Below are positions 6,086 to 14,543 of a stretch of DNA of 28,053 nt, in pieces (position 1 is the stretch's first letter; every line of letters begins with the position of its first letter). The notes below the pieces were generated by a model. The model saw only the letters and a program-made list of their open reading frames with translations. It had not been told where the DNA came from and made no database searches. The position numbers and the translations under genes are program-made. Origin of the DNA: a virus (lineage: Duplodnaviria; Caudoviricetes); the IMG/VR virus record IMGVR_UViG_3300007609_000073, positions 1 through 28,053 of that record; one strand, given 5' to 3'.

Positions 6086-7448
6086 TTATCAGGAGCGTGA
6101 TATACAAAAGATAATCAACAACGATGGAACTGGGATCATCGCAACACAAGTTGGTGGAGGTAAGACCTTAGTAGCAATTGAAGTTGCCAGAAGACTGAGA
6201 ACTGAAACCAATATGGTAATTGCACCTAAGGGAACTCACAAAAGAGCTTGGGAGAAAACGATCAAGCGACAGATACCAGAAGCTAAGGTGAAGTATGTAA
6301 ACAGCACCAAAGCTGGTAAAGAAGCTTGGGATGACTTAGCCAATGAAGTGCCTAGCTGGTACATATTGTCGCCAGAGTATTTTCGCAAGTTCCACTGGGG
6401 ATCTGTGAAGCCGGACTTTGCAGTGTTTGATGAAGTTCACAGAGCTAGTAACCGCAAAGCTAAGACTTCCACAGCCTTGTCCACGCTAAAGGCTAAGAGC
6501 AGACTTGCTATGAGTGGAACAATAGCTGGAAATAAGATAGAAGGTTTCTGGTCTGTGCTTAGGTGGGTCTATCCCGAAATAGCTGGCAGAAGCTTTTGGA
6601 AGTGGGTTGATAAGTATTGCATTACTAAGTTTGATCCATTTGCTGGCAAGGTGATTGCTGGTGAGAGAGTTGCAGGAGCAATTGTGGACTCGATCCCTTG
6701 CTACATTCGCCATCTAAAGAGGGAGCGTTGTTGCTCATTCCATCCTGAGGGTATGGATGCCGAGCTACCTAGAGTTGTGCAAGAAGAAAGAGTTGTGCAG
6801 TTATCTCCAGAGCAGAAGCGTATCTACAAGAAGTTTGAGAAAGACTTGCTTGTGTTCTTGGAAGGTAACCCGATGGTTGCTGAGGTGCCAGTGGCAAGCC
6901 GAATTCGACTGAGACAGATAACTCTGGGAGTTCCGACAGTCACCGATGAAGGTGAGGTTACCTTTGCTGAGGATTGCAAGTCATCCAAGTTGGACGAGCT
7001 GAAGTCAATTATCGAGGACTCGCCAGATGGTGAGCCAATGCTGATCTTGACTCACTCTCAGAAGTTTGCTGAGGTTACTGCTAAGCGATTAGGCGAGAAA
7101 GCGTTTGAGTGGTCTGGTAAGAAGTCTCAGAAGCTGAGAGATGAAGCATTAGAAAAGTTTATTGCTGGCGACTTGCAGTACATAGTTGCAGTGATTAGTG
7201 CCATTGGTGAGGGAACTGATGGCCTACAGGAGCGTTGCTCCACCGTAGTTTGGCTAAGCCGAGATGACAACCGATTGCTCAATGAGCAAGCAGCTGGTCG
7301 TTTAGATCGTCAAGGTCAGAAATCTTCTGTGACTAGTTTTGACATTATCGCAGAGGACACATATGATGAAGGACAGCTGAGCAAGTTGGTGCTTGACCAG
7401 TTGAAGATGAACCAATCACTAAGGAGAGAAGATGAGCAGGATAACTGA
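6048..7448 (+). CDS. SF2 (SNF2-like) DNA helicase
   Basis: PYDYQ Q-motif, VGGGKT Walker A, DEVH, SGT, GEGTDGLQ, QAAGRLDRQGQ. Confidence 0.92.
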   Translation: MTEEITTTLKPYDYQERDIQKIINNDGTGIIATQVGGGKTLVAIEVARRLRTETNMVIAPKGTHKRAWEKTIKRQIPEAKVKYVNSTKAGKEAWDDLANEVPSWYILSPEYFRKFHWGSVKPDFAVFDEVHRASNRKAKTSTALSTLKAKSRLAMSGTIAGNKIEGFWSVLRWVYPEIAGRSFWKWVDKYCITKFDPFAGKVIAGERVAGAIVDSIPCYIRHLKRERCCSFHPEGMDAELPRVVQEERVVQLSPEQKRIYKKFEKDLLVFLEGNPMVAEVPVASRIRLRQITLGVPTVTDEGEVTFAEDCKSSKLDELKSIIEDSPDGEPMLILTHSQKFAEVTAKRLGEKAFEWSGKKSQKLRDEALEKFIAGDLQYIVAVISAIGEGTDGLQERCSTVVWLSRDDNRLLNEQAAGRLDRQGQKSSVTSFDIIAEDTYDEGQLSKLVLDQLKMNQSLRREDEQDN

Positions 7449-7677
7449 ATTTGATGAGGCTGAGATACCAGAGATCAGATCAAGAGTGCTAAGTATGGAT
7501 GAGGCGGCTCACCATTACTACAGTGCATATAAAAGAGGATTAGCAGAAGGCAAGAGAATAGCCAAGCAGGACATTGCAGAGGCTAAAGATCAGCTAAAGA
7601 AAGAAGCAGGCAATATGCCCGGACCAGTTTTTATGGGCGTATTGAACTGGCTGAACGCTTTAGAGTCTAAGTACTAA
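7432..7677 (+). CDS. Hypothetical protein
   Basis: 81 aa; SD AAGGAG; AYKRGLAEG motif common in small phage proteins. Confidence 0.75.
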   Translation: MSRITEFDEAEIPEIRSRVLSMDEAAHHYYSAYKRGLAEGKRIAKQDIAEAKDQLKKEAGNMPGPVFMGVLNWLNALESKY

Positions 7678-7691
7678 TTTTAGATTTTGGT

Positions 7692-7720
7692 ATGTCATTA
7701 GATAGTTAAGCTGATATTAT
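7692..7720 (+). promoter_or_regulatory. Candidate promoter for the whiB/recombination genes
   Basis: ATGTCA, 17-nt spacer, extended -10 TGa-TATTAT in an AT-rich intergenic gap. Confidence 0.45.
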
Positions 7721-7736
7721 ATGCCAAACTATTTTG

Positions 7737-8030
7737 ATGGCTCCTAAAATTCGATTAGACGAATCTGCACTATGGAAATCAAGAGATGCTCAACAAAAAT
7801 GGAGAAAGCTCGTTGAGGAGCAACACAAACTTGATAGCACAAAGTGCCAGATCCTACCAGAGCCATTCACAGACTTCCCACAAATTATTAGCGATGACCA
7901 CGCTGAAGAGCTGTGTCATAAATGTCCGTTGCTAAAACTATGCTACGACTATGCAGTAGCCAATGATGAGACTTGGGGTATTTGGGGTGGCGTAAATTTC
8001 ACAGACGCAACACAACATATACAGGAGTAA
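7737..8030 (+). CDS. whiB: WhiB-family Fe-S transcription factor (divergent)
   Basis: C...CHKCPLLKLC...WGIWGG. Confidence 0.85.
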   Translation: MAPKIRLDESALWKSRDAQQKWRKLVEEQHKLDSTKCQILPEPFTDFPQIISDDHAEELCHKCPLLKLCYDYAVANDETWGIWGGVNFTDATQHIQE

Positions 8031-8032
8031 GA

Positions 8033-8386
8033 TTGTCACTCATACTTGAGGCATTCAAAAAATTACAAGAAGATAAAGAATTAGATTGGACAAAAGAAGC
8101 AGCTTGTGCAGAGACAGATCCGGAAGCATTTTTTCCAGAGAATATGTACTTTGCAAAAGAAGCAATAGCAGTGTGTAACAGTTGTCCAGTTATGGATCAA
8201 TGCTTGAACGAAGCCTTGAGCATGGAAAACCCAGCAGGAGTCTGGGGTGGAGTTGACTTCACAGTTAGAAGTCGTACAAGTGGAAGAAGAATAAATGAAG
8301 CAATCAGACTTCGACTCAGCGGACTTAGCCCTAAGGCTGTTGACACAGAGATCAGAAAGAGATCTACAAAAAACCGTTGGGGCTAG
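8033..8386 (+). CDS. whiB: WhiB-family Fe-S transcription factor
   Basis: TTG 8033 after AGGAG; WTKEAACAETDPEAFFP...CNSCPVMDQC...GVWGG. Confidence 0.92.
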   Translation: MSLILEAFKKLQEDKELDWTKEAACAETDPEAFFPENMYFAKEAIAVCNSCPVMDQCLNEALSMENPAGVWGGVDFTVRSRTSGRRINEAIRLRLSGLSPKAVDTEIRKRSTKNRWG

Positions 8387-9035
8387 TCAGATTGGTGATC
8401 CTTGCACTTACCACTTAGCTCAAGCGATGTTGCCTCGTGAAGATGAGGAGCACGAGAGTACTTATTGGCTAGGTGCAAAGATTGGCACTGCCATTCACTA
8501 CTTGCTTGAGAGTCTTGTTGAGACTGCAGACTTAGATGAATTCCCAGAGCTAAAAGGTGCAAAGGTGGAAGAGAAGATTCACTTAGGCACAATCGAAGGC
8601 TACGGGGAAATAAACTCGAAGCCAGACTTAGCACTTGTAGAAGAGAACCACTTGATCGACTGGAAGACAACAAGCAGGGCAAAGAGTAAGAAGTTGCAGT
8701 TTGCTTTTGATTATCCAGACAGAGCCGATGCAGACTCTCTCTACACTGTGCAGAAGTACACAGCACAGACTCAGCTTTACGGTTGGGGATTGAATAAAGC
8801 AGGGATCCAGATAGACAAGCTAAGCCTTGTGTTCATAAATAGAGATGGCACATCAAGCAAAGATATCTGGGCAACAACATTTGATTATTCCGAAGAGTAT
8901 GCACTTGCAGTTTGGGAAAGATTTGAAAATATCTGGACTTTGCTACAAGATTATGCAAACATGGAGGATATGGCGAGACACCCAAGTTGCTTCAAGTGTA
9001 AATCGAGCAACACGCCGAGTCTCATCATCACGTAA
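8295..9035 (+). CDS. PD-(D/E)XK (Cas4/RecB-like) exonuclease
   Basis: GASQIGDPC, GTAIH, PD...IDWKT, QxQLY, C-terminal CFKC. Confidence 0.88.
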   Translation: MKQSDFDSADLALRLLTQRSERDLQKTVGASQIGDPCTYHLAQAMLPREDEEHESTYWLGAKIGTAIHYLLESLVETADLDEFPELKGAKVEEKIHLGTIEGYGEINSKPDLALVEENHLIDWKTTSRAKSKKLQFAFDYPDRADADSLYTVQKYTAQTQLYGWGLNKAGIQIDKLSLVFINRDGTSSKDIWATTFDYSEEYALAVWERFENIWTLLQDYANMEDMARHPSCFKCKSSNTPSLIIT

Positions 9036-9043
9036 GACAAATA

Positions 9044-9054
9044 CGTGCTAACTT
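9044..9054 (+). promoter_or_regulatory. Candidate extended -10 promoter
   Basis: GTGCTAACTT, identical to the -10 region of the leftward early promoter; no consensus -35. Confidence 0.4.
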
Positions 9055-9081
9055 AATACCACACGACACGAGGAGGTTGAA

Positions 9082-9819
9082 TTGTCGGAAACTAAGTTCC
9101 CAGCTTTGGCGTTCGCAAAGGCGATCAAAAAAGCGGAACAACTAAACACACCTAAGTCAATTTTGATTTACGGTGACCCAAAGAACGGTAAGACTTGGTT
9201 GGCAGCTAGTGCCAGCGAGATTGCCGATCTAAGTCCAGTTCTACTAATTGACGTTGAGGGTGGAGCAAGTGCTATCGCCCGTGACTGGAAAAATGTAGAC
9301 GTTCTAGCTGTCGATACGCACGAACAGCTAGATATGGCAATCGAGCAGCTAGTGAATGAAGAGCACGGCTACAAGACTGTCATCATTGACACCTTGGGTG
9401 TTGCAATGGATAGAGCAGAGAAGGTCTTTGAGCAGAAGCCTGAGAATATCAAAAACACTTTTGGTAAGTGGGGCGATCTCAAAGAGTGGGCTAACGATGC
9501 GATTCGTAAGCTACACCACGCACCTTTTATGGCTGTGTTTATTGCACACGCACAAGATGAAAAGGATCAGTCAACAGGCTCAGTAAAGACTGTGCCAATG
9601 TTGCCGGGATCAATGCGTAGCACACTACCTGCAATCCCAGACATTATTGGTTATATGACCAGTGAGAGGAATGAGGATAGCATCAAGCGTTCCATCATTT
9701 TGCAGGGAAGTGATCGACTTGTATCAGGTAACCGCTTTGGTCTACCAGCCCGTATGCAAGATCCATCGATGAAGAAAATCATCACAACAATTGAGAAGAT
9801 AGGAGAAGCTAAGAAATGA
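9082..9819 (+). CDS. AAA_24 / Sak4-like P-loop ATPase (recombination)
   Basis: IYGDPKNGKT, LLIDVEGG, VIIDT, FIAH, DIIGY; SD GAGGAGG. Confidence 0.88.
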   Translation: MSETKFPALAFAKAIKKAEQLNTPKSILIYGDPKNGKTWLAASASEIADLSPVLLIDVEGGASAIARDWKNVDVLAVDTHEQLDMAIEQLVNEEHGYKTVIIDTLGVAMDRAEKVFEQKPENIKNTFGKWGDLKEWANDAIRKLHHAPFMAVFIAHAQDEKDQSTGSVKTVPMLPGSMRSTLPAIPDIIGYMTSERNEDSIKRSIILQGSDRLVSGNRFGLPARMQDPSMKKIITTIEKIGEAKK

Positions 9820-10265
9820 GTTTCACAATCAATGTACCTGAAGATGCAGGTACCACACAACCACAGAGCGACCTCGGTCCTCTACCAGCAGGTACTTACG
9901 CTTGCACAATTTACGATGCAACTGCCGAAGAGGTTCGCTCTGGAGCAAATGCAGGCAAGCCACGTTGGAACGTCCAGTTCCGAGTAACCGAAGGACAGTA
10001 CGAGAACCGTCGTCTATTCGCTTACATACCACTTTACGTTGCCGGAGACTTCTGGAAGACTCAGGCTTTCTTTACCGCACTTGGCTACGATGTCAAGGGC
10101 GAGTTCAAGGTGCCAGACATCAGAGACGTGCAAGGCAAGTCTGTCGATGTAAAGGCAACTGTGAGGGAAGCAAACGGTGACTACCCAGCAGACAACAATG
10201 TCGCTGGATTTATTAAGTCAACCTCCTCATCAAGCTCAGAGTCAAAAGATCTCTGGGTAGACTAA
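9816..10265 (+). CDS. DUF669-like phage ssDNA-binding protein
   Basis: PLPAGTYACTIYD...GQYENRRLF...NNV; acidic/aromatic C-terminus; follows the AAA ATPase. Confidence 0.8.
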   Translation: MSFTINVPEDAGTTQPQSDLGPLPAGTYACTIYDATAEEVRSGANAGKPRWNVQFRVTEGQYENRRLFAYIPLYVAGDFWKTQAFFTALGYDVKGEFKVPDIRDVQGKSVDVKATVREANGDYPADNNVAGFIKSTSSSSSESKDLWVD

Positions 10266-10270
10266 CGGGC

Positions 10271-10300
10271 GGTAGGGGTGCGACTACCATATCAACGCAC
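10271..10300 (+). other. Predicted H-type RNA pseudoknot
   Basis: S1 GGTAG/CTACC, S2 GTGCG/CGCAC; loops GG, A and ATATCAA. Confidence 0.55.
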
Positions 10301-10301
10301 A

Positions 10302-10362
10302 GCCCCTGACTGGTGTAACAAGCTTTTCTTGGTTTAGTTTGGTTCGATTCCAAACAGGGGCA
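10302..10362 (+). ncRNA. tRNA-like element lacking a D-stem and a canonical anticodon arm
   Basis: 7-bp acceptor GCCCCTG/CAGGGGC plus A; T-arm TTTGG-TTCGATT-CCAAA; only 29 nt between the 5' acceptor strand and the T-arm. Confidence 0.65.
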
Positions 10363-10373
10363 CAAGGAGGATA

Positions 10374-12575
10374 ATGAAAGCCAAAGATTTTTTTGAGAGC
10401 ATCTTTGAACAGGGCATGGGATATGCAACTGTTGTTACCAAAGATAATAACGGTCAACCGACTGTGCAGAAGTGGTTTAGTTATCCTGAGCAACTCCAAG
10501 ATATGGTCGAGTATGCTGAGAAGTTTGAAGACCAAGACGTTTACTTTTCCCCAATTCTTTTTGACGACAAGCGTCGAATAAGAGAGAACGCAAAAGCGGT
10601 TTCAGTAGTTTACTCAGATGCCGATACCTGCCACCCAGACAACTTTAGATTGCCACCGAGCATCACTGTGCAGACCAGCAATGGCAGATGGCACGCTTAT
10701 TGGATGCTAGAGAATGTCGGCGATCCACAGAGAGTTGCCCAGCTCAGTAAAAAGATTGCCTACGCACACAAAGATCAAGGCTGTGACTTATCTGGCTGGA
10801 ATCCAACAAAGCTATTGCGAGTACCCGGAACTAGCAACACAAAGTATGAAATGCCAGAAGAGGTTTGGGCAGAGGCTAGTGGTTTGGTTTATGGGATCTC
10901 AGACCTAGAAGCTGTTTATGTAGATGTAGAAGTAGAGGATGTTCCTGTTGCAGTAGAGAGCAAAGATGCTCCAGAAGATGGACCAAAGCTGATCGATGTG
11001 CTTGGCAAGATCCCAGCAAGCGGAAACATTATGGAGCTTTACACCGAAACTCCTCCCCCGACTGCGGATATGTCAAAGAGGCTTTGGAGACTGGAGCTAG
11101 AGCTATTTAGAGTTGGCTTGACTCGTGAAGAAGTTTATGTAGTTGCCAAGAACGCAAAGTGCAACAAATACCACCACCCAGAGAGACCACGCAGGATGGA
11201 TCCCGATGGCGATTTGTGGCGTGAGGTTCAAAGGGCAGAGCAAAGCTACCAGATTATTGACGATGAGCCTTTGGAAGAGATCATTGAGCATCGTGAACAG
11301 AAAAAGGAAATCTCTTTTCTTGATGAGCAAGAACGTGAACTTGTAAAAGGCACAACTACTTTTGTAGATAAGTATGTTGAATGGACTCGCAAAAAGACTG
11401 ATGGTGCTGTTGAGTTTCAGATCGCCAGTGCCTTTACTATTTTGTCTGCTGCCTTTTCTGACACGGGTCACGGGACTCCACGCTACGGAAAGCTTGGACT
11501 AAACCTTTGGTTTATGGTGCTGGGTGAAACGACTCTTAGTCGTAAGTCAACATCGAGACAGCTTATGTTGCGAGTCTTGAGAGCTTACGAAAGTTATGTC
11601 GGATATCAGATTGACATCGGTTCAAACGTAACTGCAGAAGGTTTGGTAAAGCACCTATCTGGTCGAGATGGAATGACTAGCTTGTTCCACCGAGATGAGG
11701 TGCAGGGTATGTTCAAAGAGTTTATGACTAAGACTTACATGGCAAACGCTGCAGATCAGTTTACGGAGCTTTACGATGGCTCTGTGCCAGTTGTTATTCG
11801 ATCAACTGGAGCATCTAGTGGCACAAGTGCTGTGCAGTCAGACAGAGCAGAGACACACTTCCTGATGTACCTTATGGGTATTACCAGCAAGGTCAGCGAG
11901 ATCTTGACAGTTGATTATTTCCGCTCTGGTTTCTTGGCGAGGTTTCTTTACGCTGTGGCTGATGCTCCACCAAGAACTTTTGAAAAAGAAGCGATAGACC
12001 AAGCACCGGAAGAAGAAGTCATTGCAGTGCAAGACTTTGAGATGGATGAGATTGTGCGATCTTTGTATGACGCCAAGTTGTTCTGGGAGAAAAAGGGTGC
12101 ACCATTCCCAAGACCAGTAAGAATGACTGAAGAAGCACTGGAGCGTTTCAATGCCTTCAAGTGGGACATGGGAACTTGGGTAGAGGGACACCCGAACGAA
12201 GAAAGTATTGAGCCATCCAGACAGCGACTTGCATTGTCAATTTGGAAGGTTGCTATCTTGATTGCGATGTATGAAAAGTCCTCTGTGGTCGAGACCAAGC
12301 ACGTTTTGATTGCGATCAACTATGCAGAAGGATGGTTTGAGTCTTTGGTCAGGATGGCTAATTCGATCAGCGAGTCCGAGTGGCAAAGAGAGCTTGATTC
12401 CTTAGAAGCCTTTGTAACCAACAAAGGTGGCAAGGTCAGGTTCGATGAAGCGTTCCGTAGGTTTGGATCTAAGCGTAAGCGTGAATTTGACGAAATGATT
12501 GAGTCGCTTAGGTCGCAAGGAAGATTAAGAATGTATGTAGACACAAACAAGACATATTTGGAGACACAATTATGA
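10374..12575 (+). CDS. Primase-helicase (RepB-like primase N-terminus plus DUF3987-like P-loop domain)
   Basis: DVYFSP, YSDAD, VQTSNGRWHAYW, LLRVPGTSNTK; C-terminal GETTLSRKST, RDE, ELYDG, SGFLARF; SD AAGGAGG. Confidence 0.88.
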   Translation: MKAKDFFESIFEQGMGYATVVTKDNNGQPTVQKWFSYPEQLQDMVEYAEKFEDQDVYFSPILFDDKRRIRENAKAVSVVYSDADTCHPDNFRLPPSITVQTSNGRWHAYWMLENVGDPQRVAQLSKKIAYAHKDQGCDLSGWNPTKLLRVPGTSNTKYEMPEEVWAEASGLVYGISDLEAVYVDVEVEDVPVAVESKDAPEDGPKLIDVLGKIPASGNIMELYTETPPPTADMSKRLWRLELELFRVGLTREEVYVVAKNAKCNKYHHPERPRRMDPDGDLWREVQRAEQSYQIIDDEPLEEIIEHREQKKEISFLDEQERELVKGTTTFVDKYVEWTRKKTDGAVEFQIASAFTILSAAFSDTGHGTPRYGKLGLNLWFMVLGETTLSRKSTSRQLMLRVLRAYESYVGYQIDIGSNVTAEGLVKHLSGRDGMTSLFHRDEVQGMFKEFMTKTYMANAADQFTELYDGSVPVVIRSTGASSGTSAVQSDRAETHFLMYLMGITSKVSEILTVDYFRSGFLARFLYAVADAPPRTFEKEAIDQAPEEEVIAVQDFEMDEIVRSLYDAKLFWEKKGAPFPRPVRMTEEALERFNAFKWDMGTWVEGHPNEESIEPSRQRLALSIWKVAILIAMYEKSSVVETKHVLIAINYAEGWFESLVRMANSISESEWQRELDSLEAFVTNKGGKVRFDEAFRRFGSKRKREFDEMIESLRSQGRLRMYVDTNKTYLETQL

Positions 12576-12955
12576 AACTACAAGAGAAACTAGCAGCGAT
12601 AGCTTTGGCAATAAACATTCGTGATAACGGATCTTCAATGCAACCAGACAAGCTAAAGGAAAGCCTAAAAGAGCTGAACAAGTATCAGATGTTTTCGATC
12701 AGACAGATAGGCAACATTGCAGACAAACCAGCAAGTAGCCTCTACCGCTTTTTGCAAAAAGAGGATAGATATGGCGGAAAGCTAAACCCTGCACACTTAG
12801 AAACACTTAGGTCACTGATCTTCCAGAATGATAGGGGAGAGGTTGATTATCACGCAGCTGGCAAGATGGTAAAGGAGGGGACTAGCATTGACACCATTCA
12901 CAAGTTTACGAATATCCCAAAGTCGACAATCTACAGGAAGTGCAAAGATGTCTAA
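12572..12955 (+). CDS. DNA-binding protein with two HTH motifs
   Basis: FSIRQIGNIADKPASSLYR and GTSIDTIHKFTNIPKSTIYR. Confidence 0.75.
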   Translation: MKLQEKLAAIALAINIRDNGSSMQPDKLKESLKELNKYQMFSIRQIGNIADKPASSLYRFLQKEDRYGGKLNPAHLETLRSLIFQNDRGEVDYHAAGKMVKEGTSIDTIHKFTNIPKSTIYRKCKDV

Positions 12956-13388
12956 GTTAGTTTCTGTGGATCCCGGAGTGACTACTGGGGTTTCGTTTAT
13001 CTCTTACGATGACGACAGCGTTCAGCTTGAAGAGGCATTTCAGATCGGAAATGGTCGAAGAGGCTTTATTGACTTTTTATATCGAGAGATCAAAAACCCT
13101 TCTATGGATGTGGAAACCTTTGTGTGCGAAGACTTTATTCTTAGACCCGGAGTGCATGGTGCAAACATTGAGCCAGCTTTTATAATCGGTGCCATGGAAG
13201 GGATCCTAGAAAACTACAAAGTCAACATGCAAGAAGCAGGTTTGAAGAAGCTTGTAAACGATGAACGACTAAAGAAAATGGGCATGTTTAAGACCGGTTG
13301 GCCTCATGCAAATGATGCAACACGACACGGTATAATTTACTTACGGAATAAAAAACATATGCCAACGTTGTTGAAAGGCTGGGACTAA
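12948..13388 (+). CDS. RuvC-like Holliday junction resolvase
   Basis: VSVDPGVTTG, VCEDF, HANDATRH; start moved to ATG 12948. Confidence 0.8.
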   Translation: MSKLVSVDPGVTTGVSFISYDDDSVQLEEAFQIGNGRRGFIDFLYREIKNPSMDVETFVCEDFILRPGVHGANIEPAFIIGAMEGILENYKVNMQEAGLKKLVNDERLKKMGMFKTGWPHANDATRHGIIYLRNKKHMPTLLKGWD

Positions 13389-14543
13389 GTGCCCTACTAT
13401 ATCTCAGAAAATCATCCAGACTGCTCAAACTGGGCTGTCGTGAAGACCGACTATGAATTAGTTGCTTGCCACGACACAAAAGAATCTGCAATCTCACAAA
13501 TGGTTGCATTGAGCCAAGAAGAAGACCTAGAACCCGGTGGGACTCACCCAAGAGACGAACGCAGTTCAGAGGCAAAGAAGCCTAAGCGTAAGTTCAAGGT
13601 CAGCGAAAAGACAAAGATTGCACTTGAGTCTAAAGTAAAAGAACACAACGAGAAAATGCAAAAGGCTGGTAAGCCAGAGCACACTCTTGTGAGCTATAAA
13701 CAACTTGATCGTGTTTACCGCAGGGGTGCAGAAGCTTATGCAGTTTCTCACCGTCCGGGAGTTAGTCGTGCTGCTTGGGCAATGGCAAGAGTAAATTCTC
13801 ACCTTTACCTACTTAGAAACGAAAAACCTAAAGATCCAAAATATACAGCAGATAACGATCTTCTAGCAGAGAGTCACCCGATGTCAAACAAGTCAAGCAA
13901 ACTAAAAGAAGTCATGGACAGAGATTTATACAGCCAGTTGCAAGGTGATGAAAAAGCCTTAGTTGATGCGATGTATGCAATTGTGCAAGAGTATGGTCGC
14001 TTTGGTGACGAGGACAGCACAGTTTACGTTAGCTACCAGTCGCCAGCTCAGAACGACAACAAAGATAACGGTATCAAGTGCGGTAACTGCGTGTTCCACT
14101 ACGAAGCCGAGGATGGACTTGCTTGTTCTGCAGTTAACGCAGAAATCCAAGACGGTGGCTTGTGCCGACTAGCGATGATCCCACCGGGATACTTTCAAGA
14201 AACAATCAAGGTTCGTGAAGCCGAGAAGATGTACAAAGTGCCAGAAGGCGTACAAAACGCAGCCAAGAGAGCACAAAAATGGATCGGTGACGGCAAGGCA
14301 GGGGATGGATTTACTGATACTGGTCGTCGGCGTGCCTCCCAGCTTGCAAGCGGAGGTTCTGTCAGTCTAGATACTGTCAAGAGAATGAAGTCTTATTTTG
14401 CAAGGCACGAAGTCGACAGGAAGGCAACGGGATTTAATTCTGGCGAAGAAGGTTACCCTTCTGCTGGCAGAGTCGCTTGGGATGCATGGGGCGGCGATGC
14501 AGGTAGGACTTGGGTAAATCGCCTGAATCTCGAAGATGACTAA
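13389..14543 (+). CDS. Mosaic multi-module protein of unknown function
   Basis: Four distinguishable modules, including VYRRGxxAYxxSHRPG...WAMARVN, CGNC...C...GLC, and RASQLA...RMKSYFARH...WGGDAG. Confidence 0.8.
   Translation: MPYYISENHPDCSNWAVVKTDYELVACHDTKESAISQMVALSQEEDLEPGGTHPRDERSSEAKKPKRKFKVSEKTKIALESKVKEHNEKMQKAGKPEHTLVSYKQLDRVYRRGAEAYAVSHRPGVSRAAWAMARVNSHLYLLRNEKPKDPKYTADNDLLAESHPMSNKSSKLKEVMDRDLYSQLQGDEKALVDAMYAIVQEYGRFGDEDSTVYVSYQSPAQNDNKDNGIKCGNCVFHYEAEDGLACSAVNAEIQDGGLCRLAMIPPGYFQETIKVREAEKMYKVPEGVQNAAKRAQKWIGDGKAGDGFTDTGRRRASQLASGGSVSLDTVKRMKSYFARHEVDRKATGFNSGEEGYPSAGRVAWDAWGGDAGRTWVNRLNLEDD

Noticed and set aside
7721-7747. 8-codon uORF MPNYFDGS overlapping the first whiB start
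   Set aside because: Its ATG abuts the predicted -10 box and would lie upstream of the transcript start; no other support.
9009-9071. WhiA-type GACAC boxes (CACGACACG at 9062, reverse at 710-718, also 13321)
   Set aside because: Short motif, also found inside coding sequence, with inconsistent spacing to promoters; cannot be separated from chance.
10302-10362. Canonical tRNA (e.g. Lys-TTT)
   Set aside because: No D-stem, no 5-bp stem with 7-nt anticodon loop, only 61 nt; kept as tRNA-like only.
10263-10376. Stop-codon readthrough from the DUF669 gene (TAA-CGG plus pseudoknot) into the in-frame primase
   Set aside because: An in-frame TAG at 10335-10337 intervenes, and the primase has its own strong SD.
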